Part shown: piece by piece, positions 29,340 to 39,226 of the stretch
How the letters are laid out: every line of letters starts with the position of its first letter
Numbering within the stretch: the first letter of the stretch is position 1
DNA from: an uncultured Gemmatimonadales bacterium
GTDB taxonomy: Bacteria > Gemmatimonadota > Gemmatimonadetes > Longimicrobiales > Gaopeijiaceae
Assembly (NCBI GenBank): GCA_963809895.1
Contig: CAWELD010000003.1
Span: 2,176,001-2,240,000, forward strand
DNA length: 64,000 nt
Direction of reading: 5' to 3'
Program-made: the position numbers and the translations under genes
The notes under the pieces: model-generated
Told to the model about the DNA's origin: nothing
Seen by the model: only the letters and a program-made list of their open reading frames with translations
Databases searched by the model: none

Positions 29340-31035
29340 TCATCGACCCGAGGAGCGGCGTGTAGGTGATCCGCGCCGCGCTTCGGCCAGGCGTAGCGCC
29401 CGGTCCCGGTCGTACACGTCCGGGTAGAATCGGACCATCCCGTCCTTCCCGACCCAGGCGGTGAAGTACGCGATGTAGACCGGGATGGGCTGGTCCAGAT
29501 CGAGGCGGGTACGCTCGCCCTGGCGCACCAACTCGTCCAAACGGCCAGGCGGCGTGTCCGAGGCGTTCCGGAGCACGTACCGGGCGAGCTTCTGCGGCTC
29601 CTCGACGCGAATACACCCGTGGCTGAAGGCACGGAAGTCCCTGGCGAAGAGGTGGTCCGCCGGGGTGTCGTGCAGATAGATGTCGTGTGTGTTGGGCAGC
29701 ATGAACTTCACGATCCCGAGCGCGTTCGTCGGCCCCGGCTTCTGGCGGAAATCGTAGGGGAACGACGCGGTGTCCACCGAGACCCAGTCGATGTCCTCTG
29801 GCGAGCGCGCAGGCCCGAAGGCGTCGCCCTCGTCCACCAGTTCCAGGCGCCGGTCATCGAGATACGCGGCGTCACGACGCAGCGCCGGGAGGATCTCCTC
29901 GCGCTCGATGGACTCCGGCACGTGCCAGTACGGGTTCACCACCAGGTACTGCAAGGTGTCCTGGAAGATGTTGGTCCGCTTGTCCGGCTGTCCGACCACC
30001 ACCCCCATCTCCATGACCGGGCGGTCGTGTTCGAGAACCTCCAGCTCGAATCCCGCGACGTTCACGAGGATGGCACGATCCCCCAGGCTCCGAGGCATGC
30101 GACGCATGCGATCGAGGTTGAGCTCGAGGTCGGCGACCCGCTCGGACGCGGAGATGTTCATGGTGGATACGGTCGTCTCCCCCACGACGCTGTCCGCCGG
30201 GATGCCGTAGCGGCGCTGGAAGCGGGCCACCGCGGCGGCGAGATCGGCGTCGAACCGCTCCGGTGACCGGTTCCCGCCCTCGGCGAGCTCCGCGACCTCC
30301 GGGTCCATGCCAGCCCGCAGCCTGGCTCGGACGGCGGCCACGCGGGGGCTCGAATCCCCGTTCTGGAGAACCGGCCCCGGCGGCACGGACGGCCAGCCCC
30401 CGGCACGCTCCTGCTCGCGGTACGCCGCCAGCGCATCGCGGAGTTGGCCGTACCAGGGAAAGGTCGGTCGCAGGCCCTCGAGAACGCGCTGGGGATCGAC
30501 GCCCTGGGCCACGCTGTCCAGCAGGCTTCGCCACGGCACCGAGTCGGGCCGGATCTCCCAATCCAGTCCCGCGTCGGCGGGATCCGTCCACCCCCGGGCC
30601 AGGGCGTCGGCCAGACGCAGGTAGGCGTCGGACAGGAGCACCTCCGCCCGGGCGGAAGTTTCCGGCGAGTCGCGTTCGCCGAGCTCCCTGACGGCCTGGA
30701 TCACGGCCTCGGTGCGGAAGTTCGCCGGGTCCAGCCCTTCGGACGTCGCGGCGTCGAAGGCCTCGTCGAGCCGGCGCCCCCGCGAGCTCAATCCGTCGCC
30801 CCGGACCCAGAGCACGGGTCCTGCCGAATCAGCGTAGAAGTCCCGTAACTCCTCGACGTGGGCCAAGGGTCCGCCGCTCGGGTGACGACGCGAGCAACGT
30901 CTGCGCGCTGCGGCGCACAGCCGGATCACGCATCCCTCCACCGCCGAAGAACGACCATGGGCCCATGGTGGCGACGGCCCAGAGCACGGCGATGCAGACG
31001 ACGGTGATGGCGGCGAGCGTTGCAGTTCGGTTCAT
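29340..31035 (-). CDS. L,D-transpeptidase (YcbB/LdtD-like) with peptidoglycan-binding domain; frameshift near 30875
   Basis: AVARFQRRYG, ILVNVAGFEL, VVNPYWHVP, RQKPGPTNALGIVKF, and catalytic IYLHDTP..SHGCIRV. The N-terminal anchor MNRTATLAAITVV.. lies in the frame of ORF 30829..31035. Confidence 0.88.
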
Positions 31036-31087
31036 CTATCTTGTCGCGTCGAGAAGTCGTTGGCGTCGAGTGTCATCCCCTGGAAAC

Positions 31088-31102
31088 GCAAGGGCCGTTC
31101 CA
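31088..31102 (-). promoter_or_regulatory. Sigma-54 promoter candidate for the L,D-transpeptidase
   Basis: Minus strand TGGAAC-GGCCC-TTGC, ~50 bp upstream of the ATG at 31035. Confidence 0.6.
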
Positions 31103-31141
31103 GTTACCGTGAAGGCTCCACAGTCGTCAGCCGGAGCGCCC

Positions 31142-33973
31142 ATGAGTCGCTGGAAGGGTCTGGACATCGAAGCGGAAGGGACCGGGATCTCCCGTCCCCT
31201 GAGCGAGCAGGTCAACCTTCTGGGGGCGATGCTGGGAGAGGCCGTTCGCCAGCGCTACGGCGACGAGGGGCTGGAGCGGGTGGAGCGGCTCAGGCGCTTG
31301 TGTCGCGAATCGGCCCGGACAGGCGACCCCGAGGGGCTGCGCCAGGCCACCGCCCTGGTGGGCGAGCTCGAGCTCGACGAGATCGTGCCACTGCTGCGGG
31401 CCTTCACCTCCTTCTTCCACCTGGTGAACCAGGCCGAGAAGCAGGAAATCGTGCGCATCAACCGGGAGCGGTCCCGCTCCGGGCCCCGCCCCGAGTCGGT
31501 GGGAGAGATCCTGGAGCGCCTTCACCGCGATGGCACCTCTTTCGACGACCTCCAGAGGCTGCTCGCCCGCCTGGACATTCAGCCGACGCTGACCGCGCAC
31601 CCCACGGAGGCACGTCCGGCGGCTGTCCTCGAGAAGCAGCGGGAGCTGGCGGATCTCCTTCTCTCGTTGCGCCGCGACGACCCGCCGCCGGTGGAGAGGG
31701 ACCGGATCCTGGACGCCATCTACAACCTCATCGCGCTCCTCCTCGCCACCGACGAGATCCGGACCGAGCGGCCGCAGGTGGAAGACGAGGTGGAGCAAGG
31801 CCTCTATTTCCTCCTGGGCACCATCTGGGATGCCGTCCCCGCTCTCTACGACGACATGGCACGCACCGTGGAGCGCTGCTGGGGCGACTCCATCGAGATC
31901 CCGCCCTTCCTGCGATACCGTTCGTGGATCGGGAGCGACAGGGACGGCAACCCCAACGTCACCGCACAGGTGACGCGGGCCACCATCCGCACACAGCGCT
32001 CACGGGTCCTGGAGCGGTACCGGGGCGAGCTGGCGGCACTCGGAACCGAGCTCAGCGTGTCGCGACGCCAGGTTGGCATGCCGCCCCGCCTGACCGCGCT
32101 CCTGGAGCGGGGGCTGGCAGCGCTGCCGGACGCCGATGCGAGCACGTTGCGCACCGAGCACGCGGACACTCCGTTCCGGCAGGCGGTCGCCATGCTGGAC
32201 ATCCGGCTCGCCCGACTTCTCACGCACGACGGCGACGCCACCTACGACAGCGCGGCGTTCTCGCACGACCTGTCGGAGCTGGCGGCGGCCCTCGACGAGG
32301 TGGGATTGCAACCGGTGGCCCGCCACGGACGGCTGAAGCGGCTCCGGACGCTGGTGGCCACCTTCGGCTTCCACCTGGCCACCCTCGACGTGCGCCAGCA
32401 CAGTGCCGTGCACGAGCAGGCCGTGGCCGCCGTGCTCCGCCGGGCAGGCCTCCACGACGACTACATGTCGCTGGACGAGGCCGAACGGGTGCGGGTCCTG
32501 ACCGGAGCGATGTCACGGGCCGGTGCCCCCCACGCCGCCGAGCGCGGCGAGCCCGTCGCCGGCGAGGACGAGCTGCCAGGAATCGTGGCCGACCTGCTGG
32601 AGGCGCTCCGGGTCGTGCGCGACGCCGTGGAGCGGGAGCCGCTGGCGGTGGGAAGCTGGATCGTGAGCATGACGCACAGCGTGAGTGACCTGCTGGAGCC
32701 CATGTATCTGGCACGGGAAACCGGGCTCCTGGGGGTGGAGAACGAACGCATCCGCTGCCCGCTGGACTTCGTGCCCCTCTTCGAGACGGTCGAGGACCTG
32801 GAGGCCGCGGCCGAGCGCATGGAACGCCTCTACGCCGACCCCTTCTACCGGCGTCAACTGGAGGCGCGGGGCGGCGTCCAGGAGGTGATGCTCGGGTATT
32901 CGGACAGCAACAAGGACGGCGGCTACTGGGCCGCCAACTGGGCCCTCCACAAGGCGCAGGACGCCCTGGGCCGCTCGGCCCACAGCCATGGGATCGACCT
33001 GCGCCTCTTCCACGGGCGCGGAGGCACCGTGGGCCGGGGAGGCGGCCGTGCCAATCGCGCCGTGCTGGCCATGCCGCCCTCGGTCCACAACGGCCGCATC
33101 CGCTTCACCGAGCAGGGTGAGGTCATCACCTTCCGCTACGGACTCGCCGATATCGCTCGGCGGCATCTGGAGCAGATGGTCGGGGCCGTGGTGCAGGCCA
33201 CGGCCGAAGCCGACCGACAAGACGCACAAGGCCCGGCCGGCGCGCCGGCAGCTGCCCCGGACGAGGACTGCGCACGGCGGATGGAGGTCCTGGCCCAGCG
33301 ATCCATGGAGGCCTACCGAGCGCTCATCCAGGACCCGGACTTCTGGCCGTGGTATCTCCGCACGACGCCCATCCGATACATCAGCCGGCTTCCCATGGGC
33401 TCACGGCCCGCGGCGCGAGGCTCCGCGGGCGACGACGAGGCCTCGGAGCTGGCCTTCGGGGATCTGAGGGCGATCCCCTGGGTGTTCGCGTGGACCCAGG
33501 TCCGTGCCATCGCACCGGGTTGGTTCGGGATCGGGACGGCGCTGGACCAGCGCCTGGCCCACGAACCCGCCCTCCTGGACGAGCTCCGGAAGCTCTACCG
33601 CACCTGGCCGTTCCTGAAAGCGGTGGTGGACAACGCGCTGCGGGAAATGGCGCGCGCGCGGCTCGGCGTCACGGCGCTGTACGATACCCGACTCGGGTCC
33701 GGCGGCCCATCGACCTTTCTCGGGACCCTGCGTGAGGATTTCCAGCGGGCCGAAGGTCACCTCCTGGTCGTCTCGGGCGAGGACGAGCTGCTGCAGCACA
33801 CGCCCGTGATCCAGAAGTCCATCCGCCTCCGCAACCCGTACACCGACGTGCTCAACCTCCTGCAGCGGGAGCTGCTGGCCCGCGCAGCCGATGGAGAGCC
33901 CGACGAGGCGCTACGGGACGCGCTCTTCCTGAGCGTGAACGGCATCGCGGCGGCTATGCAGAGCACCGGATAG
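31142..33973 (+). CDS. ppc: Phosphoenolpyruvate carboxylase
   Basis: [60 protein letters not shown], and C-terminal [10 protein letters not shown]. Confidence 0.97.
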   Translation: MSRWKGLDIEAEGTGISRPLSEQVNLLGAMLGEAVRQRYGDEGLERVERLRRLCRESARTGDPEGLRQATALVGELELDEIVPLLRAFTSFFHLVNQAEKQEIVRINRERSRSGPRPESVGEILERLHRDGTSFDDLQRLLARLDIQPTLTAHPTEARPAAVLEKQRELADLLLSLRRDDPPPVERDRILDAIYNLIALLLATDEIRTERPQVEDEVEQGLYFLLGTIWDAVPALYDDMARTVERCWGDSIEIPPFLRYRSWIGSDRDGNPNVTAQVTRATIRTQRSRVLERYRGELAALGTELSVSRRQVGMPPRLTALLERGLAALPDADASTLRTEHADTPFRQAVAMLDIRLARLLTHDGDATYDSAAFSHDLSELAAALDEVGLQPVARHGRLKRLRTLVATFGFHLATLDVRQHSAVHEQAVAAVLRRAGLHDDYMSLDEAERVRVLTGAMSRAGAPHAAERGEPVAGEDELPGIVADLLEALRVVRDAVEREPLAVGSWIVSMTHSVSDLLEPMYLARETGLLGVENERIRCPLDFVPLFETVEDLEAAAERMERLYADPFYRRQLEARGGVQEVMLGYSDSNKDGGYWAANWALHKAQDALGRSAHSHGIDLRLFHGRGGTVGRGGGRANRAVLAMPPSVHNGRIRFTEQGEVITFRYGLADIARRHLEQMVGAVVQATAEADRQDAQGPAGAPAAAPDEDCARRMEVLAQRSMEAYRALIQDPDFWPWYLRTTPIRYISRLPMGSRPAARGSAGDDEASELAFGDLRAIPWVFAWTQVRAIAPGWFGIGTALDQRLAHEPALLDELRKLYRTWPFLKAVVDNALREMARARLGVTALYDTRLGSGGPSTFLGTLREDFQRAEGHLLVVSGEDELLQHTPVIQKSIRLRNPYTDVLNLLQRELLARAADGEPDEALRDALFLSVNGIAAAMQSTG

Positions 33974-34006
33974 CCAAGCGGAGCTTCGTCGTCTCTTCGG
34001 CCGATC

Positions 34007-34021
34007 TGGTACGGCCCTTGC
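34007..34021 (+). promoter_or_regulatory. Sigma-54 promoter candidate for the PA2779-like/C39 operon
   Basis: TGGTAC-GGCCC-TTGC, ~50 bp upstream of the ATG at 34071. Confidence 0.65.
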
Positions 34022-34070
34022 CTCTCTCATCGTCGCAACGACGAACGCAATGAGAAGAGGAGAACGTCCG

Positions 34071-34472
34071 ATGAAGACCACGGGTAGCCTCGCAGCCGCC
34101 GTGCTGCTCACCGGTGTCCTGGCCATTCCGGCCGCCGCGCAGACCACCACGAATCGAGCCCACCAGGAGGCACAGGTCAGGGCTGAACTCCGGGAGCTGG
34201 CAGCCTCGCCCACCGCGGCCGATCACGATCGCGCCGAGGTGCAGCGCTTTCTCGCCAACGACCGGGTTCGCGACGTGGCCGCGGACATGGGGATCGACCT
34301 GCACGCGCTGCAGGACCGTGTGGCCACGCTGAACGATGCCGACGCTGCGGACCTGGCGTCTCGCGTCAGGAACGCCAACGAGGCGCCCATGGCGGGTGGT
34401 GACACCTTCGTCATCACCTCCACCACGATCATCATCGTCCTGTTGATCATCATCCTGATCGTCGTGGCGTGA
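34071..34472 (+). CDS. PA2779-family-like secreted protein with AGG motif and C-terminal TM tail
   Basis: Signal peptide, then DRAEVQRFLANDRVRDVAADMGID..RVATLNDADAADLA..MAGGD followed by a hydrophobic tail. Confidence 0.75.
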   Translation: MKTTGSLAAAVLLTGVLAIPAAAQTTTNRAHQEAQVRAELRELAASPTAADHDRAEVQRFLANDRVRDVAADMGIDLHALQDRVATLNDADAADLASRVRNANEAPMAGGDTFVITSTTIIIVLLIIILIVVA

Positions 34473-36398
34473 CCACCTCGCCGGCCACCATGGCCCTGGC
34501 GGCGGCGCTCCTGATCGGAGGGTCGACGCCCGGGCCGGCCGTGGCTCGACCGCCCATCGACTCGCCCCTCGCCGATACGGCATCGGAGGTCGAGCTCGAC
34601 GTACCGTACCTCACACAGGGTCCCCTGCTCTGCGGGGGCGCCGCCGCCGCCATGGTCGAGCGTTTCTACGGAGCTCGCGGGGTCTACGCCGAGGACTTCG
34701 AAACGCTGGTCCGCCCTACCGAGGGTGGCATCCGCACCGACGACCTGGCGCATGCCCTTCGCGCCCGGGGCTACCAGGCTCGGGTCCGCCGCGGAAGCCT
34801 GACCGCTGCGCTCGAGGCCCTGGACCGGGGTTCGCCCCCGATCCTCCTGCTGAGCACCGGCAACGAGCGCCTCCACTACGTGGTGCTCGTCGGCTGGAAC
34901 GGGGGCACGGCGCTGGTGCACGACCCGCTGCTGGGCCCCCGGCGCCGGATCGCCATCGAGCGCCTCGCATCCCAGGCCCGAGCCACGGACTTCTGGACGC
35001 TGGTCGTCCAGCCGGACACGGGATCCCTCCCGACGGCCTCAGCCGGACCTGCGGTGGCCCACGCGGCGTCCAACGAACTGGAGCCCGGCCCGCTGTTGAA
35101 CGCCCTGGCGGCGCTGCGCGCCGGGCACCAAGACCTGGCCGAAGCCGAAGCGCGGGCCCAGCTCACCCGTTCTCCCAGCGGCCCGCTTCGCGATCTCAGC
35201 TGGCAGCTCATCGCCACGGCCCGCTTCCGAGAGGGCCGCCACGACGCGGCGCTGGACGCGTGGAACCGTCTGGGTGAGCCCCGCGTCGACCTCGTGGTGC
35301 TCGACGGGCTGGAGCATCTGCGATGGCGGGCGGTGGCGGGGCGGCTGCCCCTCCGGCACGGAGACACGCTGCGTGCCCGCGATCTGGCGACCGGACGCCG
35401 CCGCCTCTCCGCCGTGCCGGGGATCGTGTCGTCCCGCCTCGACTACCAACCGCTCGTGGACGGCACCGTCGAGGTCCGGGGCTACGTCGCCGAGGCCGGA
35501 CGCTGGCCGTCGACTTCGAGGATCGGGGCCGAGCTGGTGGGAGCGGTGATCGACGAACGCGCCTCCGTGAGCGCGGGTCCTTTTCTGTCGGGCAGCGAGC
35601 GCTGGCGGCTGTCCGGCCAATGGCTCGCGGCCGACGCGGCCGCCAACCTCACCGTGACGGGCCCTGCACCGCCCCTGCCCGGCATTGCCGCGGTCACGCT
35701 GGCCTGGGAACGCCAGCGCTTCGGCCTGGACGGCGTGGAGGCCGGCGCCGAGGAGCGCATCCGTGGCGTCGCCTCGCTGGGCGAGTGGATCGGGCCCGCG
35801 GACCGGGTCGAGGGGCGACTGGGGCTGGAACGTTGGGATGACCGGGGCCGCAGCGTCACGGCCGGAGGCTCGTTGCGTCACGTCGTCACGCCCGGTCGCC
35901 TCGGCTCGGAGCTCTCCGCCGATGCGTGGACCGGCGCCGTGCACGCCGCGAGGGGCCGCTTCGGGCTCGATGCGCGCCTGCCGCGATCAGGGCGCGAATG
36001 GCGCCTGGGCGTCCGGGGTACCTGGGCCAGCGACGGGAAGTCCACGCATGCTCTGGGACGGGGCCGGCCTCGGGGTCGTGCGAAGCCCCCTGTTGCGTGG
36101 CGTCCGGCTGGTGCGCGACGGCAGGATCGACGGGCCGGTGTTCGGACCACGGCTCGTGCAGGCCTCGCTGGAGCACACCTTCCTCCGCCGTCTGGGCCCG
36201 GTGCGGGCGGGCATCGGCCTGTTCGCGGACGCGGCCCGGGCGTGGGGGAGCGTCGCGGGCGATTCGGGATGGCGGGGAGCGTGGGGCGTGGAGCTCGAGG
36301 GCGTGCTCGACGACCGCCGCATGGCACTCAGCCTCGGCACCGGTGCCGGCGACTGGATCGTATCACTGCGTCTGGGCTCGGTGCACCGGCTCTACTAG
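34469..36398 (+). CDS. C39-like cysteine peptidase (PA2778-like) with TPR-like, POTRA-like and beta-strand-rich C-terminal regions; frameshift near 36038
   Basis: LDVPYLTQGPLLCGGAAAAM, HYVVLVG and VHDP give the Q/C/H/D catalytic set. The C-terminus (SPRMLWDGAGLG..GIGLFADAARAW..) continues in the frame of ORF 35685..36398. Confidence 0.75.
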
Positions 36399-37421
36399 CC
36401 CCCGGCGCGCCCCGCTCCGTTCCGTCGCACGAACGACCAGGCCGGCGACCCACCAGATCGCGACCACCAGCAGGCCCACGACGTAGCCATCCACTGCGTA
36501 GTGCCACCCCAGCGCCACCGATCCGAGAAAGACCATGGCTGCGTACGTGCCCGCCACGGCGCCCAGCCAGAGCCGCGTGCGGGCGGCCCCGATGGCGATC
36601 AGGAACATGGCGCCCACGTGAATCGACGGCATGGCCGAGACGCCGCCACCCGTGAGCACCGTGCCCGACGCCTGGGCGCGCCAGAGCTCCGTCTGAAGCC
36701 GTCGGGCCGTGAGACCCAGGGCGTCCATGTGCTGGATGAGAGGACCGAAGGGATCGGGTTGGCCGGTGACGGACCGAAAGTACACGGGCCCGGCCGATGA
36801 AAAGAGGGTCGCCAGGATCGTCCCCCCGAGGACCCACAGAAGGGCGATGGACAACAGGAAGCGACCGCGCACCCTTCCCGGACGACCGAACACCGCCACG
36901 GCGATGCCGAGGCTGAGCACGGGATACCAGAGGAGATACGACGCGTCCAGCGCCCGCAAGGCGACGTCCGGAAGGTGCATGAGCGCCAGGCCAGGCTCCC
37001 CTCCGTGAAGGGTCACGTCCCAGCGATGCAGCGCCACGTCCCACCGATAGGGGCGCCCCATGAAGAGCCGCGGCTTGAGCGCCAGGAAGATGGCGAACAT
37101 GTGGGCCATGGCGATCCCGCCCACGGCGCTGGACGCCAGGCGCTCCGGCTCGGCCAGCCCGACGCCCCGACCGTGCCGGGCGAGGATGGCGTCGGCCCCG
37201 GCGAAGGCCGCCACCATGCCCAGGACCAGTGCTCCCGTGACCACCAGGGGACGCGCGACCGGGCCGAACGTCCAGCGCAGATACAGGTCGAAGAGGACGA
37301 CGATCACCAGGAGCGGCGCATGGCGCCACAGGACCGGGACCAACGTGCTTCGCGTCCCTCGTATCGCCGCGACGAACGAAGAACGCCGACGCCTCAAGGA
37401 CGGGACGCCACGGTCCGGCAA
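36363..37421 (-). CDS. PAP2-family (PAP2_3/Aur1-like) membrane phosphatase/transferase
   Basis: SSAGP, SAMPSIHV, SVALGWHYAVDG and multiple TM helices. The start is uncertain. Confidence 0.82.
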   Translation of the reverse strand: MPDRGVPSLRRRRSSFVAAIRGTRSTLVPVLWRHAPLLVIVVLFDLYLRWTFGPVARPLVVTGALVLGMVAAFAGADAILARHGRGVGLAEPERLASSAVGGIAMAHMFAIFLALKPRLFMGRPYRWDVALHRWDVTLHGGEPGLALMHLPDVALRALDASYLLWYPVLSLGIAVAVFGRPGRVRGRFLLSIALLWVLGGTILATLFSSAGPVYFRSVTGQPDPFGPLIQHMDALGLTARRLQTELWRAQASGTVLTGGGVSAMPSIHVGAMFLIAIGAARTRLWLGAVAGTYAAMVFLGSVALGWHYAVDGYVVGLLVVAIWWVAGLVVRATERSGARRGLVEPVHRAQTQ

Positions 37422-38380
37422 GAGGCGCCGGGCAGGACCGGACAGGCCGCCACCATGGTGGCACCCTCCTTCCAGTCCCTCACGCGCAGGACCCGCGTCC
37501 GCGTCGCTTCGCGGCCGTCTTCCGCGTCGGTGACCCTCACGACCAGACGGTAGTACCCCTCGTCCAGGGGCGCGTCCACGCGCCGCAGCTCCCTGAGCAG
37601 TCCCCCGGCGTCGGAGGCGGCCTGGCCCGTGAAGCTCACGCGCACCACCCGCTCGTGGGCGCGCGGACGACCGGCTGCGTCGATGGGCGCGAACGAGACC
37701 TCGGTGGTGTAGCGGTGGTCCTTCGGGAGGTTGTACACCTCGTAGAACACGTCGAAGGTACCGCTGGGAAAGTCGTTGCTGGGCAGGAGCGCCAGCGTGG
37801 CATCCCCCCGCCTCCAGCCGTCTACGCCCCCGGGCAGACCCAGCGCGATGTCGCTGAGCATCAGCCGGCTGCCGCTGTAGTCGGGAATCACGAACGGATG
37901 CGTGTAGAGCTGACCGGTGCCCGGATTGGGCGCGTCGATCATGATGACCCGCTGCACCGTGGTGGACGACGGCCGGGCCTCGGTCTCGATGTAGGTGTGC
38001 AGGAGGTGATCGTCGTCCAACGGCCGGTCACGGGCGACGAAGACCGAGTCGTCGGTGCGTGACACGCCGCCGAACGCCGTGTCGGCCAGCACCAGGGACA
38101 CGTTGAACCGGTAGCGGTAGTCCCCGTCGACCTTCTCCCGGTTCAGACGCCCCACAGGCACCGCGAACGAGGCGACCACCGTCGTGCTCCCACCATCTCC
38201 GCGAAACGTGTACAGGTCGTAGAAGAAGGGGAGCGCCCGCCAGGGGACGGCGTGGGGCCGGACCGGCATCACGCCTGGGCCTCCGACGTCCAAGCCGGGC
38301 GACGACGGGGTGGATCCCGTGGTCGCCGCGACCGTGGAGGCCGTGAGGATCAACATGAGGGATGCGGCGGATCGTACCAT
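37394..38380 (-). CDS. Secreted hypothetical protein resembling the beta-sandwich region of GWxTD proteins
   Basis: Signal peptide, IPDYSGSRLMLSDIALG, VFYEVYNL, EGYYRLVVRVTD. No GWxTD motif is present. Confidence 0.6.
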   Translation of the reverse strand: MVRSAASLMLILTASTVAATTGSTPSSPGLDVGGPGVMPVRPHAVPWRALPFFYDLYTFRGDGGSTTVVASFAVPVGRLNREKVDGDYRYRFNVSLVLADTAFGGVSRTDDSVFVARDRPLDDDHLLHTYIETEARPSSTTVQRVIMIDAPNPGTGQLYTHPFVIPDYSGSRLMLSDIALGLPGGVDGWRRGDATLALLPSNDFPSGTFDVFYEVYNLPKDHRYTTEVSFAPIDAAGRPRAHERVVRVSFTGQAASDAGGLLRELRRVDAPLDEGYYRLVVRVTDAEDGREATRTRVLRVRDWKEGATMVAACPVLPGASCRTVASRP

Positions 38381-38523
38381 GGCTCCAGCATACCTCGAGG
38401 GTGCGGGGCGCCGATGTTAAACGTCGGTCAGCCTCGTGGAGTTCCACCACCGGATCCGGCCAGCCGATCCTGCAGGGCATCGAGACGCGCCGCCCACGCC
38501 TTCCTGGCGCGCTCCATGGCAAC

Positions 38524-38583
38524 GACTCGCCGGTCTTGGCCATGCGGGCTCGAACGAGCCGCTTGAGATCGTTGTTCGTGGGG
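38524..38583 (-). pseudogene. Short gene remnant (PTNNDLKRLVRARMAKTGES)
   Basis: Resembles a recurrent N-terminal motif of the form MPxNKDLKRLVRARMxKTGExY. There is no ATG at the expected position, and the similarity stops after TGES. Confidence 0.45.
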
Positions 38584-38679
38584 GCCGGGCACAAGAGGTT
38601 GGGCGTCGGACCGCGCCCGTGGAGGGCAACATGCGAGGTGGGTGGGCCACCGAGCAACCCTGGAGCCAGCGAGAGGCGG

Positions 38680-39219
38680 ATGGCGCAGCGGAGCTATTTC
38701 CTGACGAGCCCCCGGCTAGGATTCAGCGAGTGGAGGGACGACGACCTCGATCTCGCCGTGAGTCTGTGGGGGGATCCCCGGGTGACCGCGCTCTTCGATG
38801 CCCGCGAACGGCTGACGCGAGAGGAGGTCGCCAGCCGCCTGCAGGGAGAACTGGACCGCCGGCGAGCCCTGGGCATCCAGTACTGGCCCGCCTTTGTGCG
38901 GGAGTCGGGGGATTTCGTGGGCTGCGCGGGACTCAAGCCCTACGGGGAATCCCACGATCGCCGCGAAATGGGAATCCACCTGCGGCCGGCCTTCTGGGGC
39001 CGGGGCCTCGCCACCGAGGCGTGTCGAGCCGTCATCACCTACGCCTTCGAGGAGCTCCGCCTGCAGGCGCTGCTCGCGGGACATCACCCGGAGAACCACG
39101 CATCGAGGCGGGTCCTGGAGAAGCTGGGATTCCGGCACATCCGGGATGAGCTCTTCGAGGGCACGGGGCTCGTGCATCCACTGTACGAGCTGCCTTCGGC
39201 GGAGTGGAACGTCCGCTGA
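38680..39219 (+). CDS. GNAT N-acetyltransferase (RimJ/RimL family)
   Basis: LTSPRL, FVGCAGL, FWGRGLATEAC, ENHASRRVLEKLGF. Confidence 0.9.
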   Translation: MAQRSYFLTSPRLGFSEWRDDDLDLAVSLWGDPRVTALFDARERLTREEVASRLQGELDRRRALGIQYWPAFVRESGDFVGCAGLKPYGESHDRREMGIHLRPAFWGRGLATEACRAVITYAFEELRLQALLAGHHPENHASRRVLEKLGFRHIRDELFEGTGLVHPLYELPSAEWNVR

Positions 39220-39226
39220 GCCCCGG

